From assembly GCA_963751295.1 (NCBI GenBank), contig CAVVUA010000004.1, forward strand, positions 231,000 to 270,999: a stretch of 40,000 nt of DNA, read 5' to 3'. Below, in pieces: positions 29,516-36,766 of the stretch. Made by a program: the position numbers and the translations under genes. The notes below the pieces were generated by a model that was not told the DNA's origin, did not search any database, and saw only the letters and a program-made list of their open reading frames with translations. The stretch is from an uncultured Acidobacteriota bacterium (GTDB taxonomy: Bacteria; Acidobacteriota; Terriglobia; Acidiferrales; UBA7541). How positions within the stretch are numbered: the first letter of the stretch is position 1; every line of letters begins with the position of its first letter.

Positions 29516-30547
29516 GTGTGGGTGCCGCCCGATGTGCGGGACCAGGTGGTGGATTTCGTCCGGTGCTGGTCGGAAAAAACAGAGATCGGTACCGGACGAT
29601 TCATCCACTGGCTGGGCGTACGACCCAGCAAGTTCTACGACTGGCGGGAGCGCTATGGGCACGTCAATGAGCACAACGGTTGGGTTCCTCGCGATTTCTG
29701 GCTACAACCGTGGGAGAAGCAAGCCATCATCGGCTTCCACCGGGAACATCCCTTGGAAGGCTATCGACGACTGACGTTCATGATGCTGGACGCCGATGTT
29801 GTGGCCGTCAGCCCCTCCAGCGTTTGGCGAGTGCTCCAACAAGCCGGATTGCTCTCCCGATGGAAGGGTAAGCCTTCGCGCAAGGGGAGCGGTTTCGAGC
29901 AACCACCGCACGCGCACCAGCATTGGCACATCGATGTTTCCTACATCAACGTGAGCGGCACGTTCTATTACCTGTGCAGCATTCTGGATGGCTATAGCCG
30001 TTCGATCGTTCATTGGGATCTGCGGGAATCGATGACCGAAGCGGAGATCGAAGTCATTTTGCAACGAGCGCGGGAGAAATATCCGGAAGCGAAACCGCGG
30101 ATCATCTCCGACAACGGACCACAGTTTATTGCCAGGGATTTCAAGGAATTCATTCGCATCGCGGGGATGACCCACGTGCGAACCTCGCCCGGCTATCCGC
30201 AATCGAACGGGAAACTTGAACGCTGGCACAAATCGCTAAAAGCGGAGTGCATCAGGCCAGGTACACCGTTGACGAGAGAAGACGCGGTGCGTTTGATTCA
30301 AGCCTACGTGGATCACTACAACACCGTGCGCCTGCACAGCGCTATCGGCTATGTGACGCCGCACGATATGCTCGCCGGGAGACAGGCTGAGATCCACGCG
30401 GCACGCGATCGCAAGCTGGAGGAAGCGCGTCACCAACGGCAGTTCCGGCGGGAGGCCAGATCGCTGCTTGCACATTCTTCGAACACGACTACAATGACCT
30501 CGCCAGGTGAAACAGAAGCGGGCTCTGCAGGGATGCAACCATGCTGA
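29516..30547 (+). CDS. IS3-family transposase OrfB (DDE/rve integrase core)
   Basis: HWHIDVSYI (D), IISDNGPQFIA (D) and PQSNGKLERWHKSLK (E). Frame is -1 relative to orfA. Confidence 0.9.
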   Translation: MWVPPDVRDQVVDFVRCWSEKTEIGTGRFIHWLGVRPSKFYDWRERYGHVNEHNGWVPRDFWLQPWEKQAIIGFHREHPLEGYRRLTFMMLDADVVAVSPSSVWRVLQQAGLLSRWKGKPSRKGSGFEQPPHAHQHWHIDVSYINVSGTFYYLCSILDGYSRSIVHWDLRESMTEAEIEVILQRAREKYPEAKPRIISDNGPQFIARDFKEFIRIAGMTHVRTSPGYPQSNGKLERWHKSLKAECIRPGTPLTREDAVRLIQAYVDHYNTVRLHSAIGYVTPHDMLAGRQAEIHAARDRKLEEARHQRQFRREARSLLAHSSNTTTMTSPGETEAGSAGMQPC

Positions 30548-30735
30548 GGGATAACCTGGTAGGACTCATCGAGCCGATGCGAATCAGCGCGGGAGTTGAT
30601 CCTCTCGCGCTGAGCATCCAGAAACAGGCATCGGACGATAGATCCTCATGCCTTGAAAATCCCCGTCCCGAATGGGCGGAATCTTCACTAACGGAAAACG
30701 TCACCTCTCCATTTCAGGCTGAGCCAGCACAGAAC

Positions 30736-31427
30736 CATCATGGTTGGACTTGCCCGCAATGATGCGAATGGTGGTAACAACCCCCAACGTATTGAAGCAT
30801 CAAAGGCCAGAGTGGCTGGGACCGTTCAATTTCTTCTTGTTTCCTTTGCTCTCTGAAGTTGGCGGATATCCTTCGGGTTTCGACAAATCCAATTTTATGT
30901 TCATAACCCCCAACGAATCGAAGCGAAGCAAGTGGAAATCGCTCGGCGGGATCAATTTATATGACGGGCGAAGCTATCAGATCGCGATGCGCCCCACGGC
31001 AAAGCAGGACAAGGTAATTCCAGAATCTTTTCGAATCATCCTGAACCAATACTTGGGCAAGGCTGAGGTGAAATCGCTAGCCCCGGACGGAACGCCATGC
31101 ACCGGAACTACTCAAGGGTTGCTCCTTAGAGCAAGAATTGTTGCGGGCAAATTGATTCCCGTCGGTAAAGAGACGGATCGAAAGTGGGAGCACGGTGGAG
31201 ATCCGAGTATGCTGGATTCCCAGGTCCATGTATATGAGAAGCAGCGAAAAATGGTTATCGCTAACGCTTTGGAGAGGAACACATGGTTGGCCATCGGCGT
31301 TAGGCGCTTGATGAGAGAAACAAAGCTAAGCCAAGCACCAGTCTCCAACGCTATCAGGGGCAAGCCGGTCCGTCCTGGCACTCTGGCGATCATCAGAGAG
31401 ACGGCAGCCAGGATACTGGCCGAGTAA
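30736..31427 (+). pseudogene. family-B DNA polymerase, C-terminal ~230 codons separated from the N-terminal part by the IS3 element
   Basis: Deleting 29142-30735 joins ...GAA C|CA TCA TGG TTG GAC... This gives ...HSKEPSWLDLPAMMRMVV..., in frame with track ORF 30744..31427. The reconstituted ORF is ~976 codons from the ATG at 26903. Confidence 0.85.
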
Positions 31428-31433
31428 TGGTAC

Positions 31434-31580
31434 GGGACTTGTCCGGTAAGGCGACTTCTGCTTATCCGGTTGTTTCAGCAAAACCGGATATCTTGGGCGT
31501 CGTCGACGCCAGCACCACAACGGCTGGGTGGCGACCTGAAGCAACCGGATAAGCAAGAGGCGACTAATCGGGAGTTATGG
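31434..31580 (+). repeat. palindromic cargo motif, copy A (GGGACTTGTCCGGTAAGGCGACT...AATCGGGAGTTATGG), interrupted in its loop by a 101-bp insert
   Basis: Starts 7 nt after the PolB stop. With 31457-31557 removed, it aligns at about 33 of 40 positions with copy B. Confidence 0.7.
31457..31557. mobile_element. MITE-like 101-bp insert with 16-bp terminal inverted repeats and an 8-bp duplication AGGCGACT
   Basis: TCTGCTTATCCGGTTG ... CAACCGGATAAGCAAG match at 14 of 16 positions as inverted repeats. AGGCGACT sits at 31449-31456 and 31558-31565. The internal palindrome is GGCGTCGTCGACGCC. Confidence 0.35.
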
Positions 31581-31863
31581 CCTCCCATGATTGCCGAGGA
31601 CCCATTGGTCACACCCCACCACAACAATTGAGCAGCATTTTTCAATTGCTTTGTAAACTCCGCATGTGGTGTCCAGAAAAGAGCGGACTATGGTGCGACA
31701 AACCCTCAGTCGGGTCAGTATTGTTTTCAGTCTGTTGTCTGCGTTTTCGCTAGCGAGGATGGTTGCATCGCGGTAACCAATTCCGAGATCGAGGAAATCT
31801 GGCCCATGGTGGCGGTTGGTACCGCTGTGGAAATTCGTCCGTAGGTAGCTCGAACTGACCAAC

Positions 31864-31900
31864 GGAACTTGTCCGATAACGCGACAACCAGGAGTTAGGT
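31864..31900 (+). repeat. palindromic cargo motif, copy B (GGAACTTGTCCGATAACGCGACAACCAGGAGTTAGGT)
   Basis: Aligned by eye to copy A. Unoccupied. Confidence 0.65.
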
Positions 31901-31952
31901 ATGTGCCACGATTAAGATCATCTATCCTGTTGATCGATTAGAATGAAAGTCT

Positions 31953-32243
31953 ATGGCAACTCGCGTCATAGTCGGAGTCGTCGCGCTGGCCTGTTTTTCG
32001 ATCTGTGGCATGCTCTCGACCTTTACAAGGTACGAGATGATGGACAAAGTAAATGAAAAACTTCCAAAAGAGGAACAGTTTGGGGCGCTCTGGTGGTATG
32101 CATCCAAGTACCAACGACTCAATCGTGAATACAAAAAGCTGTATCCAGACGGGGACCTTCTCTTAAAGATTCGCGTGCTTATTGCGCTGATGTTTGCTTG
32201 TTTGCTCGTTTGCGTTTTGGGATTCGGAATCTTCGCAAAGTGA
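31953..32243 (+). CDS. small two-TM membrane protein (cargo)
   Basis: 96 aa. The hydrophobic helices are VIVGVVALACFSICGMLSTF and VLIALMFACLLVCVLGFGIF. No clear RBS. Confidence 0.45.
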   Translation: MATRVIVGVVALACFSICGMLSTFTRYEMMDKVNEKLPKEEQFGALWWYASKYQRLNREYKKLYPDGDLLLKIRVLIALMFACLLVCVLGFGIFAK

Positions 32244-32259
32244 GCGTGAAATCCATTTG

Positions 32260-33101
32260 GTCGAGTAGCCGGGCGCCATCGCTGGCGCCCAGCCCTCTAA
32301 GAACCGGACTTGAAGGTTTCCCATTCATCCGGCTCGAGCACTCAAAAACGCCCCCCTGAACAACGAGGACGCGGCCTGATTCAAAAACGAAGCAGACCTA
32401 CTCGATACTGACTTGCTGCCGATTCGCACGACGGTGGAAAATCCACCAATCGTGTGTGAAGCCGCACCAACGGGTTGCCCCGTCGTCATTTGCTTTGCTT
32501 CATGCATCGGTTCCTCAAGAGTTCTCGAGCTGAGCACCAACAGGAAGTCAGCTCCGTTTCCGGCGAGGTGATCTTGTCCCAACCTGGCGACGCAACCTCT
32601 ATCTGCCCGATTACAGGGCAGCCTTCGCTTGCTCCCATTTCCGTTACCCGCATCGCCATCAGTGCCATCTTGCGATGGACTTTCCCCTTGCGAGGAGCGC
32701 TACGGGCTTACCCTGTTCCGCTGAAATGACGCGATCGGTTAGATCTGCTCCCTACGCCGGCAGTGTTGATTACCCATGACAGAGGAACCGGAAGCCTCTG
32801 TACTCACTGCAAGAAGAGCCACGCAGCATTTTAGGCTCTCTTCGTCTGACGACGCTTACGAGCATTTGTATATTCTGATCGTACGATCAAGCCTAGGCCC
32901 GTCTCCGCCTAATGCTGGCAGGTACACCGTGGCCTCACGGTTTCGGTGCCGCTCTTGCGAGCGTGGATACATTTTTCCAAGGGCTCCAGAACAGTTCGTT
33001 ACCTCCCCGCTCTGCCTTGTAGGCTACGTGCGATGGGACGCACGGTCTGATCGAGTTCCTCCTCTCCAGACAATCATCTTCAGCAGCTTTACAGGTCGCA
33101 C
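32260..33101 (-). mobile_element. ORF-less group II intron (842 nt)
   Basis: On the minus strand the 5' end is GUGCGAC. Domain V is at 32301-32335. The D6-like helix has a bulged A 7 nt from a ...CUACUCGAC 3' end. The D5-to-3'-end segment (41 nt) aligns with that of the neighbouring intron and shares AGCGAUGG. No credible ORF inside. Confidence 0.62.
32301..32335 (-). ncRNA. group II intron domain V of the ORF-less intron
   Basis: GAGCCGGAU-GAAUGG-GAAA-CCUUC-AA-GUCCGGUUC. It has the AGC triad, a GNRA tetraloop, a 2-nt bulge and a 9-bp basal helix. Confidence 0.65.
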
Positions 33102-33130
33102 TCCGGTAAGACGACTAATCAGGACTTGAC
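33102..33130 (+). repeat. palindromic cargo motif, copy C (TCCGGTAAGACGACTAATCAGGACTTGAC), abutted by the 5' end of the ORF-less intron
   Basis: It lies 15-20 nt downstream of the stop of the 252-aa minus-strand gene. On the minus strand it reads ...CCTGATTAGTCGTCTTACCGGA|GUGCGAC. Confidence 0.65.
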
Positions 33131-33145
33131 CGCGAGGACAACAAG

Positions 33146-33904
33146 TCACAAGTCGGGCAGGGCTGTTATGAAGCCCTTTGGGCGCTCGCTAACAGGATTT
33201 GGGGCATCAACGCTGACATGAGGATTCCATTCGTAAGTTATTTCTGCCCAGCCCCCGCTGGTGGTCAAGTGGTACGGCAAATGGTCTGATGTGCCAACGC
33301 AAACAGTGTCGTGCATCACTCGCCCGGTCTCCTCAATTGTCCAAGTATAACTCCACTCAAGACAGGGATGTCCCGCGTAGGTTTTTAGCCCTTCTGGATG
33401 CATGTTTACGCCATGATAGTTGGACCAGAAACTCGTCTCTATGGAATCGAAGCTGTACCCAATCGTACGCGGATTGCTCATGTGCAAGCGCAGCTCAAAA
33501 AAACCGTCCAACGGCGGCATATCTCTCGGAATCAATTTTATCCATAGTGATGAGCTTTTGTGACCGAACATTGCATCGCCACGAAAATATCGGTCATCTC
33601 GGACCCGGATGTATTCAAGATCACCCGCGATGCGAATGCTCTTTGAGTCCCCTGCTTCTGCTGTGCGGTCAACATGCTGCCATCCATGCTCGCGGTCGGG
33701 CGGGACTGCTTCGATCGTCATCCACTCTTTCGGGAGTTTTGGATCTGTCGATTGCAAATGCATACGCCAGCTTTTCGTTCTGGAAATCGCCCAATCCGTG
33801 CGAAGTAGCCAGTAATCCGCTCGTTTGTCTGACCAGTTTTTTGCAGCCCAAATTGAACCCGCCGCAATCAGCGCGGCAATCCCATACAATAGAATCTTTT
33901 TCAT
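33146..33904 (-). CDS. secreted hypothetical protein (cargo)
   Basis: 252-aa ORF with the signal peptide MKKILLYGIAALIAAGSIWAA. No family recognised. Confidence 0.6.
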   Translation of the reverse strand: MKKILLYGIAALIAAGSIWAAKNWSDKRADYWLLRTDWAISRTKSWRMHLQSTDPKLPKEWMTIEAVPPDREHGWQHVDRTAEAGDSKSIRIAGDLEYIRVRDDRYFRGDAMFGHKSSSLWIKLIPRDMPPLDGFFELRLHMSNPRTIGYSFDSIETSFWSNYHGVNMHPEGLKTYAGHPCLEWSYTWTIEETGRVMHDTVCVGTSDHLPYHLTTSGGWAEITYEWNPHVSVDAPNPVSERPKGFITALPDL

Positions 33905-34039
33905 GAGCCTGAGAGAAGATTAGAGCACTTCCTGTCTAGATTCCAATCACGCTTGGAGCCGCTCAGCTATCTAGTAATGACCCGTGTACGGGCCTAAGTG
34001 TCGCGGTAGGGACGACCATCGCTGATCGCCCCCCGCACA

Positions 34040-34071
34040 GAACCGTACGGGCGCTTCTACGCATACGGCTC
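34040..34071 (-). ncRNA. group II intron domain V (32 nt)
   Basis: GAGCCGUAU-GCGU-AGAA-GCGC-CC-GUACGGUUC. The AGC triad and 2-nt bulge are present. Confidence 0.85.
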
Positions 34072-35634
34072 CCACCTTGGATGAGTGGCGAGGAAACGAG
34101 CTATAGGATAAGGATGCAAAACGCGTGGGGCGGGAATCCACCGCTTGAAGATCCGGGTGGTCCGGATCCACGACGTTGGTCGTTGACTGCGACGGCGTAG
34201 AAGGAGCCGCCACAATCGCCGCAAGCGTTGTCCGAAGATACTCAACCGGACGATGTTTCCCGGGACCGCATGGTAGCGGTAGTAGCCGTTCACAACCTTT
34301 CGTAGCCATGCACCGACGTCGGCAATCGGCTCGTGCATGCGGAGGCGCAGTTCTGCTTTGAGTGCGTGCAGCTTCGCCACCATGCGTTTCTTCGCCGTTT
34401 TCCGCCAGACGATGAACGACCCGTTGCTCCGGCGCTTCCCGCAGTGATGCGTAAAGCCCAGGAACGTGAAGGTCTCCGGCTTCCCTACTCCACGCTTCTC
34501 CCGATCTTGGGCAGCGAACCGCCCAAACTCGATCAGTCGTGTTTTCTCCGGATGTAGTTCCAATCCGAATTTAGCCAATCGTTCCCGAAATGCTTCCAGG
34601 AATCGCTCGGCCTCCACTCGGTTTTCGAAACCCACCACCAGATCATCGGCGTAGCGGACGACGATCACATCACCCGTGGCCACTTTCTGGCGCCAAGCCT
34701 CGATCCACAGGTCGAATACGTAATGCAGGTACACATTGGCTAGCAATGGAGAAACCACTGCTCCTTGCGGTGTTCCTACCTTACTCTCCGACCATTGGCC
34801 GTCTTCCGATATCCCCGCCTTCAACCATTTCTGGATCAGGCGCAGGATCCGGCGATCGGCTACGCGGTGCTCAACAAACTTCATCGTCCATTCGTGACTC
34901 ATATTGTCAAAGAAGCCTCGAATGTCGGCGTCAAGCACCCAGTTCACGCGCTTCCTTTGGAGGCCCACCGTCAGCGCGTCCAGCGCTTGGTGCGGGCTGC
35001 GTCCGGGACGGAACCCATACGAGAATCCTTGGAAGTCCACCTCATAAATCTGGTTGAGAATGGTCACCACGGCTTGCTGTACGATTTTGTCTTCCAGCGC
35101 CGCAATACCCAACGGGCGTTTCCGCCCGTCAGCCTTCGGTATGTAGACTCTTCGTGAGGGCTGTGCCCGATACGCTCCTCGGTGTACCCGGTTGTGTAGA
35201 TCGGTAAGCCGACCTTCTAACCCGGTTTCATACTCCTGCCATGTCACGCCATCTACTCCCGGCGCGGCTTGCCGCTTTAAGGCGTAGTAGCTGTCCCGGA
35301 GTAAATCCACGCTCACATGGTGTAGCAAAGCTGTGAACCGTTCTTGCCTCCTTTTCTTTGCTGCTTCTCGCACACCGCCCAATCCCTGGGACACTCGTTC
35401 TCCGCTCTGTGTCGGGTGAGTGTTGGGTTGAACGATGTTCTCCTTGGCCCGCACCCTTTTCTCCCCAGGCTCCGCCGAAGATCGCTCCTCTTTGTTCGTC
35501 TGGTTCATCGATAGTATGGTGCGGTCCGACTCCTCTGGAGCGTGCGCGTCCGCCTTCTGGCTTTGCGCCTTCGCGGACCGGCCTCGTTCCCTTTCGGGCC
35601 GAGGCGCTCCAGAGGTCTCCCGGTTCTCGTGCAT
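34057..35634 (-). CDS. group II intron-encoded reverse transcriptase/maturase
   Basis: RT blocks (APGVDGVTW, RRVYIPKADGRKRPLGI, VLDADIRGFFDNMSH, GTPQGAVVSPLLANVYL, VVRYADDLVVGF) and a maturase/X region. No C-terminal HNH endonuclease. The first ~90 aa are low-complexity, so the start may be the internal ATG at 35508. Confidence 0.92.
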   Translation of the reverse strand: MHENRETSGAPRPERERGRSAKAQSQKADAHAPEESDRTILSMNQTNKEERSSAEPGEKRVRAKENIVQPNTHPTQSGERVSQGLGGVREAAKKRRQERFTALLHHVSVDLLRDSYYALKRQAAPGVDGVTWQEYETGLEGRLTDLHNRVHRGAYRAQPSRRVYIPKADGRKRPLGIAALEDKIVQQAVVTILNQIYEVDFQGFSYGFRPGRSPHQALDALTVGLQRKRVNWVLDADIRGFFDNMSHEWTMKFVEHRVADRRILRLIQKWLKAGISEDGQWSESKVGTPQGAVVSPLLANVYLHYVFDLWIEAWRQKVATGDVIVVRYADDLVVGFENRVEAERFLEAFRERLAKFGLELHPEKTRLIEFGRFAAQDREKRGVGKPETFTFLGFTHHCGKRRSNGSFIVWRKTAKKRMVAKLHALKAELRLRMHEPIADVGAWLRKVVNGYYRYHAVPGNIVRLSIFGQRLRRLWRLLLRRRSQRPTSWIRTTRIFKRWIPAPRVLHPYPIARFLATHPRWEPYA

Positions 35635-35916
35635 GTTGTTTCTCAGCGTGCGCGGGTTCTTAGACTACGCAGGACCGACTGCTCGCTCGCGTTTATCGCG
35701 AAAACAGCCGTATTGCCTTCCTCCAATCAGGAGAGAGTCGGCGTCCTGGTTTGCGTTTTTCGAAGTTCAATAGCCCGGCCCACCGATACCCCTGTCTACG
35801 CTTCGGGCGACACCTCGCGATGTCACCTGCAAGACTGAGGGCCAAGATGGAGTCGCTGTCTCCTTTCTTGTGGGACTCTTTCATTCCCTACAACACGCCG
35901 GTTTAACCCGGCGCAC

Positions 35917-35945
35917 CCCGATTAACGCTAGCGCCGTTACCGTCC
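35917..35945 (-). repeat. palindromic cargo motif, copy E (minus-strand GGACGGTAACGGCGCTAGCGTTAATCGGG), split from its ACTTAGG continuation (33993-33999) by the 1.9-kb intron
   Basis: The 5' exon ends ...GTTAATCGGG|GUGCG. The rejoined exons give TAATCGGG|ACTTAGG, compared with copy A TAATCGGG AGTTATGG. Confidence 0.6.
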
Positions 35946-35966
35946 AAATGAAGTTTTACTTTACAT

Positions 35967-35990
35967 CTCCGGTAAGCCAACTAATCGAGC
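35967..35990 (+). repeat. palindromic cargo motif, copy D (CTCCGGTAAGCCAACTAATCGAGC)
   Basis: Aligned by eye. It forms an inverted pair with copy E, 21 bp away. Confidence 0.5.
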
Positions 35991-36126
35991 ACTGGCAAGT
36001 GATGTTTTGAGGTCACACCGTGGAAGCGTTGTCCGGACACGGCTAGAATGAGAATCAGGGACACCGTGACTCGCATCGCTCGCTTGTCTGCGCAATCGGG
36101 GACAAGGGACGCACGCGTTGATTCTA

Positions 36127-36393
36127 ATGAAACACTCTCGAACGAAGATGTTCATATTGGCAGTGTTCTTTATCGCGGCTACTGCCATCGGTTGCTGGGC
36201 GGAATTTCGCCCGCTGACAAGCGACGTCCTAGGCATGTTCGCGCTGCCCGGAGTCTTCCTCTCCTTGTGCTTTAGCATCGGCCCCCATGGATCAACAAGG
36301 TTGTTCCTCTGGTCGGGGCCAATCTGTAACGGCGTCGCCTATACGGGGCCTCTTGCTTTCGTGTTCTGGTTGCGCGCTAAACTTTCACACTAA
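36127..36393 (+). CDS. small membrane protein (cargo)
   Basis: MKHSRTKMFILAVFFIAATAIGCW... with 2-3 hydrophobic helices. The TTG at 36118 is an alternative start. Confidence 0.4.
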   Translation: MKHSRTKMFILAVFFIAATAIGCWAEFRPLTSDVLGMFALPGVFLSLCFSIGPHGSTRLFLWSGPICNGVAYTGPLAFVFWLRAKLSH

Positions 36394-36682
36394 CTGCGGG
36401 GACCGCTTTGCAGCGCGGCGTGGTTGGCAGTAACGATCCAAAGTCCTGGGAAACGCCGTTACCGGAAAAGTGGAAATGCAAACTGGATTCGTACTTTTCA
36501 GTTTTTACGAAGATCATTCCTCGTCGCAATGTACTTTCCAAGTGTGTTTGTGACGCACGCGAATCGTATTTGCAAGTGGCCTAGTTTCAGTGGTTTCTGC
36601 CAGCGGAACGCGTCAAAAGCGTTCGCACGCCGCTTCTCATAAGCACACCCGTGAAAATCACGGTGCGCGCTGGTAAAACAAT

Positions 36683-36766
36683 CGCATTTCCATTTCAACG
36701 GCGCTGCATTGCGCGAGCACGCGTTTCCACGGGTGTATCACTTTTCCCCCGCCTGTAACTTAACCC
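36683..36766 (-). repeat. right terminal inverted repeat (perfect core 36731-36766)
   Basis: Its reverse complement matches 21505-21587: 36/36 in the core, then two further conserved blocks separated by a divergent ~14-nt spacer. Confidence 0.92.

Larger units (their letters stand above)
29142..30731 (+). mobile_element. IS3-family insertion sequence (1,590 bp) with imperfect TG...CA inverted repeats and a 4-bp TSD GAAC
   Basis: IRL is TGTCTTGCCTCAGCTGGAACCGGAGA. The reverse complement of IRR is TGTGCTGGCTCAGCCTGAAATGGAGA. GAAC sits at 29138-29141 and 30732-30735. The orfA/orfB arrangement includes an A8G slippery run. Confidence 0.9.
34000..35916 (-). mobile_element. group II intron with RT/maturase ORF (1,917 nt), En-domain-less bacterial type
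   Basis: On the minus strand the 5' end is GUGCGCC at 35916. Domain V is at 34040-34071. D6 has a bulged A and the 3' end is ...CCCUACCGCGAC at 34000. The IEP ORF sits in domain IV and runs into domain V. Confidence 0.9.
21505..36766. mobile_element. casposon-like self-synthesizing transposon (Cas1 + family-B DNA polymerase + HNH-like, TIR-bounded), 15,262 bp including nested IS3, two group II introns and a MITE-like insert
   Basis: TIRs at both ends and a 14-bp TSD. A Cas1 homolog with no CRISPR array or cas2. A PolB with a full motif set. The element interrupts the intergenic region between the ruvA start and the terminator of a small gene. Confidence 0.85.

Noticed and set aside
28972-30229. 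Antisense ORFs 28972..29631(-), 29181..29477(-), 29324..29674(-) and 29702..30229(-)
   Set aside because: They lie opposite the well-supported PolB and IS3 transposase genes. They are typical GC-rich shadow ORFs. The same applies to 3304..4011(-), 8428..9096(-), 5511..6143(-) and similar ORFs opposite confidently called genes.
31575-31862. 95-aa ORF on the minus strand between motif copies A and B
   Set aside because: It has a TTG start, no RBS and no recognisable domain, and its composition is not protein-like. It may be non-coding spacer. I left it unannotated, though a real small cargo gene cannot be excluded.
32325-33129. Track ORFs 32325..32582(-), 32475..32729(+), 32486..32668(-) and 32776..33129(+)
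   Set aside because: All lie inside the predicted ORF-less group II intron. They overlap one another, have no recognisable motifs or RBS, and the last one runs through the intron 5' end and hairpin motif C.
31434-35990. The repeated hairpin motifs as integron attC sites, since group IIC introns are known to target attC
   Set aside because: Only copy B contains a GTTRRRY-like core (GTTAGGT). The other copies do not, I saw no RYYYAAC inverse core, and there is no IntI integrase or attI in the window. The cassette analogy is kept only as a loose comparison.
35961-36278. 105-aa ORF on the minus strand upstream of intron 1
   Set aside because: It overlaps the more plausible membrane-protein ORF on the plus strand and motif copy D, and it has no recognisable features.
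21505-36766. A CRISPR-Cas locus, since cas1 is present
   Set aside because: I found no array of short, regularly spaced direct repeats anywhere in the window. There is no cas2 or effector gene next to cas1. Cas1 instead sits inside a TIR/TSD-bounded element with a PolB.
21505-36766. A pipolin (piPolB element) as an alternative explanation for the PolB island
   Set aside because: Pipolins integrate through tyrosine recombinases into tRNA genes, leaving direct att repeats. Here there is no tyrosine recombinase or tRNA, the ends are inverted repeats, and a Cas1 integrase is present.
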